64,000 nt of DNA. It comes from Nitrospirota bacterium. Lineage in GTDB: Bacteria; Nitrospirota; UBA9217. How positions within the stretch are numbered: position 1 is the first letter of the stretch; each line of letters opens with the position of its first letter. The stretch spans positions 32,001-96,000 of the forward strand of contig CAWCKW010000012.1 in NCBI GenBank assembly GCA_963796285.1, in the 5' to 3' direction. Positions 1-10,008 of this stretch are shown piece after piece. The notes beneath the pieces are model-generated. The model did not search any database. It was not told the origin of the DNA and worked only from the letters and a program-made list of their open reading frames with translations. The position numbers were made by a program, and so were the translations under genes.

Positions 1-498
1 ATTGCGGTAGCGGTCTTTGTAGTCCAGTCCGTAACCGACCACATATTTGTTCGGGATGCGGAAGCCAGCGTAGTCCGCCTCGATCGGGACCTGCCGTCGA
101 TCGGACTTGTCGAGCAGCACGCACACCTTGAGTGAAGCCGGCTCCCGCTCAAGGAGCATCTTCTTGAGATAAGCGATGGTTACGCCGGAGTCCATGATAT
201 CCTCGATCAGCAGGACGTGTTTGCCTTTGATATCTTCTTTCATATCGCACAGCATCCGCACCGGATTGCCGTCCATGCTTTTGGTGGCGGAACTGGTGCA
301 GTGAATGAAGTCCATCCTGACGGAGATCCTGAGTGAACGGAGCAGGTCGGACATAAAGAAAAGCGCGCCTTTGAGGACCCCGACGGCCAGTAGGTCCTTG
401 TCGGCATAGTCTGTAGAGACGCGTGTGCCTATCTCCTGTATCTTCCGCTGGATCTCCTCACGCGTAAAAAGCGGTTTTCCAAAATCGATGCCTACCAT
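1..498 (-). CDS. hpt: Hypoxanthine phosphoribosyltransferase (3' end runs off window)
   Basis: Manual translation from ATG at 498: MVGIDFGKPLFTREEIQ...VGVLKGALFFMSDL...VLLIEDIMDSGVT...YVVGYGLDY. PRPP-binding motif present; typical tilS-hpt synteny. Confidence 0.93.
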   Translation of the reverse strand, partial: MVGIDFGKPLFTREEIQRKIQEIGTRVSTDYADKDLLAVGVLKGALFFMSDLLRSLRISVRMDFIHCTSSATKSMDGNPVRMLCDMKEDIKGKHVLLIEDIMDSGVTIAYLKKMLLEREPASLKVCVLLDKSDRRQVPIEADYAGFRIPNKYVVGYGLDYKDRYRN

Positions 499-558
499 TG
501 ATGCCCTCCATAATGACAATTAGGTCGAAAATGAGCGTGCAGGGTTGCCTATCCATTA

Positions 559-1935
559 TTATGCAATCCGATATCGCACCATCAGACCTTTTTTAGTGTT
601 CGGTCCCCACAGGAACCTCTCGTCCGTCCGGAGCCCCACTACCCACAGGACGTCTTCTCCCGAGCAGAGCAGGGGGACCGTGTCACGCTCCCTGCGAGGG
701 ACCTTCTCGTCCACGAAGTAGTCCTGGAGCTTTTTCCGTTTGCCGCCCATCCCTGCCGGGCAGAACCAGTCGCCGGGATGCCTATTCCTGAATGTCAGAA
801 ACGACCCCATCTTATCATAATCGAACAGGGCCTGCCAGACATAATTTTTATCTTGCGGCTCAACCGGAAGGCGGTCGGTGATCAACGTCTCGACCGTCGC
901 GGGGAGTTCCGGTATCACGGTAACACCCGGTATGCTGATCAGATAGGAGAAGTCATCTGATATCGATCGGGCGCTGAGAACGAAGCGGTCATACTCGCGT
1001 GTGACGGCGAGGCCATGGGGCAGGTCCATGGTCCTGCCGGTCTGGGCCGAGGCCATGAACGCGAGGGCCTCGTCGATTTGGACCTGGGAAAGCCTTGCGG
1101 ATTCCACACCGGCAAGGTCCAATGCTCTTTTGATCAGTCTGCGTCTGAAGGCAATGGGCAGTGCACTGAACTCATTCCTCTTGATAAAAAGGTCATCCTT
1201 GTCCCGTTCCAGGATGCCGTCTGCGAGGTGTGCGCAATGGAACTCGATCGCTTCGTTCTCGTCCCGAAGGAGTGCGGCCTCGGCTGCGAGCGTCTCGACG
1301 ATGCGGGGGTTGAAACCTTTCAGGGCCGGTATGATTTCGAGCCGGACCCTGTTCCTGGTATACACGGGCTTCGTGTTCGATGGATCGGTAGCGAACGAAA
1401 GACCCCTATCCTTCAGGTACTCCAGCACCTCGGCACGCGTGATCTCGATGAGCGGCCTGACAATGTTCTCCCGCACCGCGGGTATGGCCGAGAGGCCGGA
1501 GGCACCGGCGCCGCGCAAGAGCCGCATGAGGAAGGTTTCGGCCTGATCGTCTGCCGTATGGCCGGTCGCGATGTGGGATGCATCGATCGTCCTGGCCACC
1601 CGCTGCAAAAAAGCGTACCTTACTTTCCTCGCACCCTCCTGGGGAGAAAGCCCTCGCTCAAGGCAGTAGGCCGGCACGTCAACCATCTCGATGGTCGCCG
1701 GGATTCCGAACGTGTTCGCGAGTTCACCAACGAACAGCGCCTCATCAGCAGACTCTTTACCGCGGAACATATGGTCGAGATGGGCGATGTGCAGGTCCAG
1801 GTCCATTGCTAAAGCCTGAAGGACGCTCAGGAGGCAGACCGAATCCGGTCCGCCCGAGACGGCGACGAGCACCCGTTCGCCAGGGGAGAGCATGCGATAT
1901 TTCTTTATCGTTTCTTTGATCGTGGTAAGCAGCAT
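559..1935 (-). CDS. tilS: tRNA(Ile)-lysidine synthetase
   Basis: PP-loop SGGPDS, HLDHMFRG, ATGHTADDQAET, DPSN..YTRNRVR, TilS C-terminal domain. Confidence 0.96.
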   Translation of the reverse strand: MLLTTIKETIKKYRMLSPGERVLVAVSGGPDSVCLLSVLQALAMDLDLHIAHLDHMFRGKESADEALFVGELANTFGIPATIEMVDVPAYCLERGLSPQEGARKVRYAFLQRVARTIDASHIATGHTADDQAETFLMRLLRGAGASGLSAIPAVRENIVRPLIEITRAEVLEYLKDRGLSFATDPSNTKPVYTRNRVRLEIIPALKGFNPRIVETLAAEAALLRDENEAIEFHCAHLADGILERDKDDLFIKRNEFSALPIAFRRRLIKRALDLAGVESARLSQVQIDEALAFMASAQTGRTMDLPHGLAVTREYDRFVLSARSISDDFSYLISIPGVTVIPELPATVETLITDRLPVEPQDKNYVWQALFDYDKMGSFLTFRNRHPGDWFCPAGMGGKRKKLQDYFVDEKVPRRERDTVPLLCSGEDVLWVVGLRTDERFLWGPNTKKGLMVRYRIA

Positions 1936-2032
1936 GATATGAGAACGCGAGTCGCTCCCCGAAGGCAGATCCTCTGGTGTTATTCTATTATGATAGAAAG
2001 ATTTTGATGAGAAATAAGGAAAGGAGCAAAAA

Positions 2033-2108
2033 TGGTGGCGGTGCAGGGACTCGAACCCCGGACACAGGGATTATGATTCCCCTGCTCTACCAGCTGAGCT
2101 ACACCGCC
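2033..2108 (-). tRNA. tRNA with CAU anticodon, most likely elongator tRNA-Met (Ile2 not excluded)
   Basis: Reverse complement GGCGGTGTAGCTCAGCTGGTAGAGCAGGGGAATCATAATCCCTGTGTCCGGGGTTCGAGTCCCTGCACCGCCACCA. Full cloverleaf, G1-C72 pair (not initiator), encoded CCA. Confidence 0.93.
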
Positions 2109-2274
2109 ACGAGAAAATTTAGAGGCACAAGATACTGTATTACGGCATTTTTGTCAAGAAAAACCTGATTCAGCAGGATACTCGGGATACTAAAAACGGG
2201 CGCCACAACGCGAAAATTATCTAAAGACGGAGAGCAACCCGTTAATCCTGTTTCCCTTTTAAAAAAAACCGCTT

Positions 2275-2880
2275 CTATTCCTTGAACCTCGTTTCTTCCT
2301 TCTGGATATTTTCCAGCGCTTCTTTTTTCGTTTTACAGTCGATGCAGTACCGGGCAAGCGGGTTTACCCCGAGGCGTTTGATGTCGATCTCTTCACCGCA
2401 GTCCTCGCACTGGCCGTATGAGTTATTCTGGAGCTTCCGGAAGGCATCGGCGATGTCTTTGTACTGCTCATACTTCATTTCCAGAAGCGAGTAATCGATG
2501 CCCTGGTCCATGTCGAGCGCGGACTGGTCGGCGCTGTCCATGGCCGAGTCGATCTTCTGTCCCGTCTCCCGGACCAGCTTTCGGCCCATCTGGGCCTCGA
2601 GGTTTTCCACAACCTCGTTCCGTTTTTTGAGCAGTAATTTTGACAGCAGCTCATTCCGCTTCTTCACGGCCGCAGATATTCGCGGTTTGGCCGCCGCGAT
2701 CTTTGCGGATTTTGTCGGTGTTCTTTTTACGGCTTTGGCGGAGGCCTTCTTGACCTTTATCTTTTTTACCGTGCTTTTCTTCGCGCCGGCCTTCTTTGCG
2801 ACTTTTTTAGCTGACTTTTTTACGGTGGGTTTCACAGGCTTGGTAGCTTTTTTCTTTTTTGCGCCTTTTTTTACCGCCAT
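2275..2880 (-). CDS. TraR/DksA-family C4 zinc-finger regulator with Lys/Ala-rich N-terminal extension
   Basis: DSADQS coiled-coil tip, YGQCEDCGEEI...RL...P.ARYCIDC. Confidence 0.88.
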   Translation of the reverse strand: MAVKKGAKKKKATKPVKPTVKKSAKKVAKKAGAKKSTVKKIKVKKASAKAVKRTPTKSAKIAAAKPRISAAVKKRNELLSKLLLKKRNEVVENLEAQMGRKLVRETGQKIDSAMDSADQSALDMDQGIDYSLLEMKYEQYKDIADAFRKLQNNSYGQCEDCGEEIDIKRLGVNPLARYCIDCKTKKEALENIQKEETRFKE

Positions 2881-3082
2881 AATAGTACTCCCTCCTGACC
2901 ATCATAGGCAACTTGGACTGGTATTATAGTTATGTATTAAAGCAAATTCAAGACAATTTGTCAGGTGTCGAAACAAAATTTCTCAATTCCCCGTCGTCGG
3001 GCACGGCCGGGAGGGGGAGGAGATGGCTATTTGATGTTTTTTCTGTTACTATAATTTCAATGTAGCCGGGCACACATATCCT

Positions 3083-5239
3083 ATGCGAAAATACTATTTT
3101 ATCATGTTTATGGTCATGCTGGAGGGATTTTTCCCCTTTGCAGATAACGGGGTTGCATCGTTATCAGGACAGAATGGTGAAACGAGAACGAAAAACGACT
3201 GGGCAGACCGGAAACAGCTCTTACTGGAGTATGGTGCGCTGGTGACAACAAAGAACGAGGTCTTGCTCAGGGAGTTCCGGAGCGGGACTGACGAGGCTTC
3301 CCGGGTTATCGGGCATGCCAAGACCGTCCTCATCTTTCACCTGCTGAGACGAATTGCTGGAGAAGATGTGTATTCTCGTCTCGCAGGTACGCATACGGTC
3401 GAAGACCCCGTGAGGTCCTGGGACGAGATCAAGGAAAGGTTCGAGAAAGAGCTTGGCCAGGACCTCGGATGGTTCTTCAAACAGTGGGTGGACAGGAAGG
3501 GACTCCCTGACCTGCGTGTGGAACAAGCCTCGGTCCAGCGGAATGGCAGCCGGTTCAAGATCAGCTTTGACCTTGTTCAGAAGGGCGACGTCTATACCCT
3601 CGATGTCCCCGTCCTCATCTCCTTTATCCATGGCAGGGCTCAGTCGGAAATGGTGAAGCTCGAAGCGGACAAGAAAAAAGTCGTCCTTTTTGTTGACGAA
3701 GAGCCGTCAGCGGTAGTGATCGATCCAGAATATGATGTTCCCCGGAGGCTGACGGATGCCGAGACACCGCCGCTTCTCGCAAAACTGCTGTCCGAGGAAA
3801 GGCCGGTTCTGGTGACGGCCGCGACCGGCAGAGAGATTTACGCAGGAGCAATTGAGTCATGGAAGCAGCGGGGCGCGGAGGAGCGGCAGGTCGACACGAT
3901 CAAAGATGCGGATGTCAACAGGTCGTCCTTTCTTGCGTTCGGTCCGGACAATCCTCTCGTTGGCAGGCTCTACGGCAGGGTTGAGCCCCGCAAAGAGGCG
4001 CTCACCCTGATAGCGAAGAAGAACCCCTGGAACCAGGACAAGGTCGTTGTGCTCGTCCAGGCGGGGACCGTGCAGGCCGCATCCGGGGCTCTCAGCGCTG
4101 TCCTTTTACACGGGAACTGCAGCGTCCTGTCGATAGATGCAAAAGGACAGGTGGCGCAGGAGACATTGGACTCCGAGCGAGGGATCGTGATGGAGCTGCG
4201 GGAAGAGGCTGCGGCCATCGACGTTTCAGCACTCAAGACGCTTTCGAACGTGATAGCAGGTGTATCGGGCAAGAAGATCGTGTACGTGGGAGAATACCAC
4301 GACCGGTTTGCGCACCACAACGTCCAGCTCCGGATCATCAAGGGTCTTTTTCGAAAGGACCCGAAGATCGCTGTGGGTATGGAGATGTTCCAGCGGCCCT
4401 TTCAGAAAACGCTTGATGAGTACGTCGGCGGGTCTATCGACGAACGCGAATTTCTGAAGAAGTCGGAGTATTTCAAGCGCTGGGGTTTCGATTATAATCT
4501 GTATAAGCCGATCCTCGATTTTGCCCGCACCGAAAAGGTCCCTGTCGTTGCCCTGAACCTGAGCCGCGAGGTTACTGATAAGGTGTCGAAGACCGGCATG
4601 GACTCTCTCACGGATGATGAGCGGAAGGACGTCCCGAAGCTGATGGATTTTTCTGATATGGAGTACCGCGACCGGCTCAGGCAGGTGTTTGATCAGCATG
4701 AAACTGCGAGCGAACGGAACTTCGACTTTTTTCTGCAGGCCCAGATCCTGTGGGATGAGGGCATGGCCCGGTCCATCGACGAGTACCTCCGGAAGTACCC
4801 CGACCAGCGGATGGTCGTGATGGCGGGCGTGGGGCACCTTGCCTACGGTTCGGGGGTCCCGAAAAGGACCTTCCGGCGGAACGGTTTTTCCTATGCGACG
4901 GTCCTGAGCGATGTTGCGATCGAGGAGGATATTGCCGACTTTGTCGTGTTTCCCCCATCGCTCGAGGGGATGACCTCGCCGAAGATCATGGCCGTGCTCA
5001 AAGAGACCGGGGAACAGGTCAGCATCGCGGAACTGCCGGAAGGGAGTGTCTCAAAGAAGGCCGGCATAAAGGTCGGAGATATTGTGGTGTCGCTCGACAA
5101 TGCGGTGGTAAGGAGCGTTGATGATATCAGGATCGCGCTCTTTTACAAAAAGTCGGAGGACATGGTCCGGATCAAGGTGGAGCGCAAGCGGTTCCTGTCG
5201 GGGTATGCGGAGATTGAATTCGAAGTGAAGTTGCAGTAA
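3083..5239 (+). CDS. Fusion: truncated M1-aminopeptidase-like region + ChaN (DUF399) domain + PDZ
   Basis: LGWFFKQWV and IDPEYDV (M1 C-terminal part), IVYVGEYHD...VGMEMFQRPFQ...WDEGMA...AGVGH (ChaN), AGIKVGDIVVSLD (PDZ). Confidence 0.75.
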   Translation: MRKYYFIMFMVMLEGFFPFADNGVASLSGQNGETRTKNDWADRKQLLLEYGALVTTKNEVLLREFRSGTDEASRVIGHAKTVLIFHLLRRIAGEDVYSRLAGTHTVEDPVRSWDEIKERFEKELGQDLGWFFKQWVDRKGLPDLRVEQASVQRNGSRFKISFDLVQKGDVYTLDVPVLISFIHGRAQSEMVKLEADKKKVVLFVDEEPSAVVIDPEYDVPRRLTDAETPPLLAKLLSEERPVLVTAATGREIYAGAIESWKQRGAEERQVDTIKDADVNRSSFLAFGPDNPLVGRLYGRVEPRKEALTLIAKKNPWNQDKVVVLVQAGTVQAASGALSAVLLHGNCSVLSIDAKGQVAQETLDSERGIVMELREEAAAIDVSALKTLSNVIAGVSGKKIVYVGEYHDRFAHHNVQLRIIKGLFRKDPKIAVGMEMFQRPFQKTLDEYVGGSIDEREFLKKSEYFKRWGFDYNLYKPILDFARTEKVPVVALNLSREVTDKVSKTGMDSLTDDERKDVPKLMDFSDMEYRDRLRQVFDQHETASERNFDFFLQAQILWDEGMARSIDEYLRKYPDQRMVVMAGVGHLAYGSGVPKRTFRRNGFSYATVLSDVAIEEDIADFVVFPPSLEGMTSPKIMAVLKETGEQVSIAELPEGSVSKKAGIKVGDIVVSLDNAVVRSVDDIRIALFYKKSEDMVRIKVERKRFLSGYAEIEFEVKLQ

Positions 5240-5429
5240 TTTATTGTGACAGTCGGCAGGTGATATGTTATCATAAGAATATGCATGTGCTGACGGGAAT
5301 GGCTTCCTTAATTGCGGCAGGTCGGACCGAAGCACCGGGTAAGCAGGATGGATAGGTTCCCTTATTTTGAAGGTGACAACCGTCTCGTGGTATAAGAAAT
5401 ATCAACCCGTGATCGTATAGGAGGAGCAG

Positions 5430-6236
5430 ATGAAAAAATATCTTCTCGTTGTGATGGCCGCCGCGCTTGCTGCTTCGGGGTGCTCAGGCGTGGTCGCGAA
5501 GAACTTCAAGGTCTTCGCCGACCCTCCGGACTCGACCATCAGGGTCGTTTCGGGCATTGATTTGAAGGAATTGAAGTATCGATCGCCTGCGGCCATTACG
5601 GCCGAAGTGCCGAAGGACCCCGCGCTTGCGGCGAAGGCTGTCCTTGAAGTGAGCAAGGATAGCTATCAGCCGAAGATCATCGCGCTTCGAGACATCAATA
5701 ATGGCGATTCCCTCAATATCAAACTGGAGAAGATAAAGGATCTCGTAAGATACAAGCTGTCGTTCCGGCTCGTGAGCCCCGTGGTGTCCCAGGAACTCCT
5801 GTTCCAGGACAAGAACATATCCGTCACCTTTGCTATCGGCGAGCAGGGCATCCAGATGCACCTCGAGAACCTCAGTCCCCACGACATGAAAATATTGTGG
5901 GAGCAAGCCGAGTATACCGGCGTGAACAGGCAACCGCAGCGGCTCATGCATTCCGGCGTTCGCTTCCAGGACCGGCACAACCCCATCCCTGATCAGGTTG
6001 TGCTGTCCCGGAGTTCTGTGCAGGAGGCGGTGTTCCCTATCAGCAATGTATCCATGTTGCCGCAGCGAAAGGGGTATGATATTCGTCCGCTGTTCCCGCT
6101 CGAGAGCGACGACGCAGCGGGACTGAAGGGGAAGAGTGTCAATCTCTTCCTCCCGGTCGAGATCAACCGCCAGATCATCCCGTATAATTTCAAGATTGAG
6201 ATCATCGACGCCGTGAAGGAGGTCAGCAAGGGCTGA
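5430..6236 (+). CDS. Hypothetical lipoprotein
   Basis: GGAGGAG RBS, lipobox LAASGC, 268-aa open frame. Confidence 0.8.
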   Translation: MKKYLLVVMAAALAASGCSGVVAKNFKVFADPPDSTIRVVSGIDLKELKYRSPAAITAEVPKDPALAAKAVLEVSKDSYQPKIIALRDINNGDSLNIKLEKIKDLVRYKLSFRLVSPVVSQELLFQDKNISVTFAIGEQGIQMHLENLSPHDMKILWEQAEYTGVNRQPQRLMHSGVRFQDRHNPIPDQVVLSRSSVQEAVFPISNVSMLPQRKGYDIRPLFPLESDDAAGLKGKSVNLFLPVEINRQIIPYNFKIEIIDAVKEVSKG

Positions 6237-6301
6237 TCGATACCGTTGACAGTATGATTTGCATCATAGGTGCATTGGTGCAGAAGGTGTAGAATAGGGT
6301 C

Positions 6302-6544
6302 ATGTTTAAAGAAGGTTGTCCAGGAAGCAGTGAGATACGATCGCCAAAGCCCGAGGATATCCGCTGCCAGAAGTGCGGAGAGAAGATCGAGATCTGGAGC
6401 GATGAGCCGGACACGGCCTGCAAGAAATGCGGCCATCTGAACGCGCGGCCCATTGGCACGTCGTGCATCGAGTGGTGCGCGTTTGCCAAGGACTGCGTTG
6501 GCGCTGAAAAGCTCGAGAAGCTCCTGAAGGCTGCCAAGGGTTAG
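6302..6544 (+). CDS. Small Cys-rich zinc-ribbon-like protein
   Basis: CPG...CQKCG.KIEIWSDE...CKKCG...SCIEWCAFAKDC pattern, as seen in small conserved proteins of anaerobes. Confidence 0.75.
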   Translation: MFKEGCPGSSEIRSPKPEDIRCQKCGEKIEIWSDEPDTACKKCGHLNARPIGTSCIEWCAFAKDCVGAEKLEKLLKAAKG

Positions 6545-6696
6545 GCTAATCCGTATGCTGGTCAATCCTTTCTTCGTATCTGCACGATTTCATTTGCCGA
6601 CCCGACGAGCTGCGAAATCCTTTAAAAGAGGAGCAAAAAGATGTATAATGGTTCTACTCCAGAACAGCCTGGGGATTAGGAAAAGGAGAATAGATC

Positions 6697-6924
6697 ATGA
6701 CCAAAGAAAAAGTTGAAGATGCCCTGAAACAGGTTCGTCCGGCGCTCCAGCGCGACGGTGGAGATATCGAGCTTGTGAGTGTGGAAGAGAATGGTACGGT
6801 GAAGGTACGGCTCAAAGGCGCCTGCGGGGCCTGCCCCATGTCCACGATGACGCTCAAGATGGGTGTGGAAAAGCACCTCAAGCAGCAGTTCCCCGAGCTA
6901 AAGGAAGTTGTGCAGGTCGCGTAA
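6697..6924 (+). CDS. NifU/NfuA-family Fe-S carrier protein
   Basis: VRPALQRDGGDIELV...LKGACGACPMSTMTLKMGVE; AAGGAG RBS. Confidence 0.92.
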   Translation: MTKEKVEDALKQVRPALQRDGGDIELVSVEENGTVKVRLKGACGACPMSTMTLKMGVEKHLKQQFPELKEVVQVA

Positions 6925-7416
6925 GGCCTTCCTTGAACATTGACGGCTGTTGCTCATATCGATTCCGCGCCTCTCCATGCTCAGCACGAACGATGAAGAC
7001 TTGATCACAAGATCATAACACCGTTCGTCCTAAGCGTGCCGGAGGTCTTTCGGGCTGCTTGGGCAACAGTCTGTTGCTGCAAGGTCCTCTCATGACCGGC
7101 TGGCATGCTGCGTTTGCAAGTCTTCGGTGATGTCGTTTTTACCGGCAGGGCGGACATCCGGACCCGGTGCCGAAAATTGATATTCCCGTATTGAACCGAG
7201 GAAATGCAGTCATCCACGAGTGAAGGTTCATACAGGCAGGCTCGCAGTGAACTCATCAGTACATTAAATCCCTCCCCGCACTTTTTTATCTGCTCTTGCG
7301 TCTCGCATTGTTTATCCATTGAACATGCCATCATAACGATGCAAACAGTATGAATATCACGGCGTTACGAAATGAAACACGAAAGCCGTTCACACTTCCA
7401 TCCGGCAAAAATTCGC

Positions 7417-7445
7417 TTGACACTTCGACACCATTCTGTTATAAA
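7417..7445 (+). promoter_or_regulatory. Putative sigma70 promoter of the rnf operon
   Basis: TTGACA-17 nt-TATAAA about 70 nt upstream of rnfC. Confidence 0.6.
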
Positions 7446-7515
7446 CGCAACGGCTTTTAATAGAAATTCTCAAGCTGTAATTTCAACGTTTATACTATTG
7501 GGCGGGTGAGACAGA

Positions 7516-8850
7516 ATGGAAGCCACGACAGTAAAAGCGCACGATACGTTCAGCGGAGGTGTGCATCCTGCTGGTAACAAGACCCTCACAGCACACAAAC
7601 CGGCCGTTGCCGCAGCAATTCCCAAACGCGTTATCATTCCCCTGAGCCAGCACATTGGCGCACCCACCAAACCCCTCGTTGTCATTGGACAGGAAGTAAA
7701 AAAAGGAGAAAAGATCGGAGAGACCACCGGCTTTGTCTCCGCTCCTGTCCATGCATCGATCTCCGGCAAGGTAACGGCCATCGGCAATTTCCCGCACATC
7801 CTCGGTATGGATCTGCCGTCGATCATTATCGAGAGCGACGGCAAGGATGAGTGGGTGGCCGGCATCAAGGAAGCGCCTGACTTCAGCGTGTTGAGCCCTG
7901 ATGAGCTTAAAAAGCTCGTGCTGGATGCCGGCATTGTCGGTATGGGCGGAGCAACCTTCCCGACTCATGTTAAACTTTCTCCCCCCAAAGAGAAACCGAT
8001 CGACGTGGTGATCCTGAACGGGGCTGAGTGCGAGCCCTATCTGACCTCCGACCACCGGCTCATGCTCGAAAGACCGAAAGAGATCGTCGAGGGCCTCAAG
8101 ATCCTCATGCGGATCCTGAATGTCAGCAAGGGATATATCGGCATCGAGGCAAACAAGCCGGACGCGATCGATACCATGACCAGGGCCGCGGCTGGATCTC
8201 CCGAGATCAAGGTCTGGCCCGTCAAGGTCAAGTACCCGCAGGGTGCGGAAAAGATGCTTATCAAGGCCATCGCCAACAGGACCGTTCCCGCAGGCAGCCT
8301 GCCCATGGATGTGGGCGTGGTGGTGCAGAACGTGGGCACGGCCGAGGCCATTTACAACGCGGTCCGTTATGGCAGGCCGCTCATCGAGCGCTATGTCACC
8401 GTGACCGGCAGGGGAGTGAAGGACCCGAAGAACTTCATCGTCCGTATCGGGACGCCGTTCTCCCAGCTTATCGAAGAAGCGGGCGGTCTCACTGACGAAG
8501 CGGCCAAGGTGATCTCCGGCGGCCCCATGATGGGAATGAGCCAGTACACGCTTGAGGTGCCCGTGATCAAAGGGACGTCCGGGATCACGGTCCTCCCCAA
8601 GGCCGAAGTGAGCATGCAATCCTACGGACCGTGTATCCGCTGCGGCCGGTGCATCGATGCCTGCCCCATGAAGCTCCAGCCGTCCCTCCTCGGGCTCTAT
8701 ATTGAGAAGGGCCATTACCAAGATGCAAAGGACTACAACCTGATGGACTGTTTTGAGTGCGGTTCATGCACGTTTGTCTGCCCGTCCAACCGCCCCATGG
8801 TCCAGTGGGTGAAGAAGGCGAAAAAGGAACTGGCAAAGAAGAAAGCGTAA
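7516..8850 (+). CDS. rnfC: Rnf electron transport complex subunit C
   Basis: SQHIGAP, GIVGMGGATFPTHVKL, NGAECEPYLTSD, CIRCGRCIDACP / CFECGSCTFVCP. Confidence 0.96.
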   Translation: MEATTVKAHDTFSGGVHPAGNKTLTAHKPAVAAAIPKRVIIPLSQHIGAPTKPLVVIGQEVKKGEKIGETTGFVSAPVHASISGKVTAIGNFPHILGMDLPSIIIESDGKDEWVAGIKEAPDFSVLSPDELKKLVLDAGIVGMGGATFPTHVKLSPPKEKPIDVVILNGAECEPYLTSDHRLMLERPKEIVEGLKILMRILNVSKGYIGIEANKPDAIDTMTRAAAGSPEIKVWPVKVKYPQGAEKMLIKAIANRTVPAGSLPMDVGVVVQNVGTAEAIYNAVRYGRPLIERYVTVTGRGVKDPKNFIVRIGTPFSQLIEEAGGLTDEAAKVISGGPMMGMSQYTLEVPVIKGTSGITVLPKAEVSMQSYGPCIRCGRCIDACPMKLQPSLLGLYIEKGHYQDAKDYNLMDCFECGSCTFVCPSNRPMVQWVKKAKKELAKKKA

Positions 8851-8964
8851 ACGCGCAGATTGCGGATTTGTTGTAGGGGCGGCCGAGAGAGGTCGTCCTT
8901 GATTGAGGGCAGCCACACCGGGCTGCCCGTATATGACCATGCCCACGGAGAGAGGTCACATCTG

Positions 8965-10008
8965 ATGGAAGCACCCGCAAAAGAACAACCCAAAGTTCAA
9001 CCCAAAGAGCAACCAAAACTGATCGTCTCGATCGGGCCCCACATGCACGATGAGGAGACCACGTCCAAGATCATGTGGACCGTGAGCGGTGCGTTGCTTC
9101 CGGCCACGCTCATGTCGGTCTACTATTTTGGCATGCCTGCCATCCTGGTCATTCTCGTCTGCATCGTGACTTCTCTGCTGACCGAGGCAGGGATGCAGTG
9201 GCTGCTCAAGAAGCCCATTACGCTCTCCGATGGCAGCGCATTCCTGACCGGCCTGCTCCTCGCCATGAACCTCCCTGCTAATGCGCCGCTCTATATTCCA
9301 TTTATCGGGTCCTTCGTGGCCATCATGATCGCCAAGCATCTTTTCGGCGGTCTCGGCTTCAATATCTTCAACCCGGCGCTCGTTGGACGTGCTTTTGTCC
9401 TGGTCAGCTTTGCGAAGATCATGACCACCTTTGTTTCGCCGGCGACCACGTTCATGGCTCTTGATGCCAAGACCACCGCCACACCGCTTGTTCTCCTTAA
9501 AGAGGAGGGGATGTCGAGGCTGCTCGAGATCTATCATACCAAGGCCGCCTTGTATCAGGACCTGTTCATCGGCAACCGGGCAGGGTCTCTCGGCGAAACG
9601 TCGGTGATCGCGCTGCTGCTCGGCGCTGCGCTCCTCATGCTGAAACGGTATATCACCTGGCACATCCCGGTCACGTTCATCGCAACGGTCGGCCTCCTTG
9701 CCTGGATCTTCGGCGGCAAGGAAGGGCTTATGACAGGCGACGCCATTTTCCACATGATGTCCGGCGGTCTTGTCCTCGGCGCGTTCTTTATGGCCACGGA
9801 CTATGTGACCGGTCCCTCGGTCCGCAGCGCGCAGATTGTATTCGGCGCCGCGTGCGGCGCACTTACGGTGCTTATCCGGTTGAAGGGCGGGTATCCCGAA
9901 GGCGTGATGTTCGCGATCCTTCTGATGAACTGCTTTGCGCCGCTGCTCGACCGGGGTATGCGCAGCCGTGTATTCGGCAAGGCCGAGGCCAGGGGGGTGA
10001 AAAAATGA
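8965..10008 (+). CDS. rnfD: Rnf subunit D
   Basis: GGLGFNIFNPALVGR, FMN site TTATPL, GSLGETS, FFMATDYVT; start set at ATG 8965 after the RBS. Confidence 0.95.
   Translation: MEAPAKEQPKVQPKEQPKLIVSIGPHMHDEETTSKIMWTVSGALLPATLMSVYYFGMPAILVILVCIVTSLLTEAGMQWLLKKPITLSDGSAFLTGLLLAMNLPANAPLYIPFIGSFVAIMIAKHLFGGLGFNIFNPALVGRAFVLVSFAKIMTTFVSPATTFMALDAKTTATPLVLLKEEGMSRLLEIYHTKAALYQDLFIGNRAGSLGETSVIALLLGAALLMLKRYITWHIPVTFIATVGLLAWIFGGKEGLMTGDAIFHMMSGGLVLGAFFMATDYVTGPSVRSAQIVFGAACGALTVLIRLKGGYPEGVMFAILLMNCFAPLLDRGMRSRVFGKAEARGVKK

Noticed and set aside
5285-5365. Possible SRP RNA or riboswitch in the intergenic region
   Set aside because: Only a loose CAGGTC...GAAGCA resemblance; the conserved SRP core and closing stem are absent
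6978-7040. Degenerate palindrome (CTCAGCACGAACG...CGTTCGTCCTAAG) and CCCTCTCCC-type hairpins near 25002-25026 and 26648-26710
   Set aside because: They resemble common REP-like intergenic repeats but are too eroded or too few here to support a separate claim
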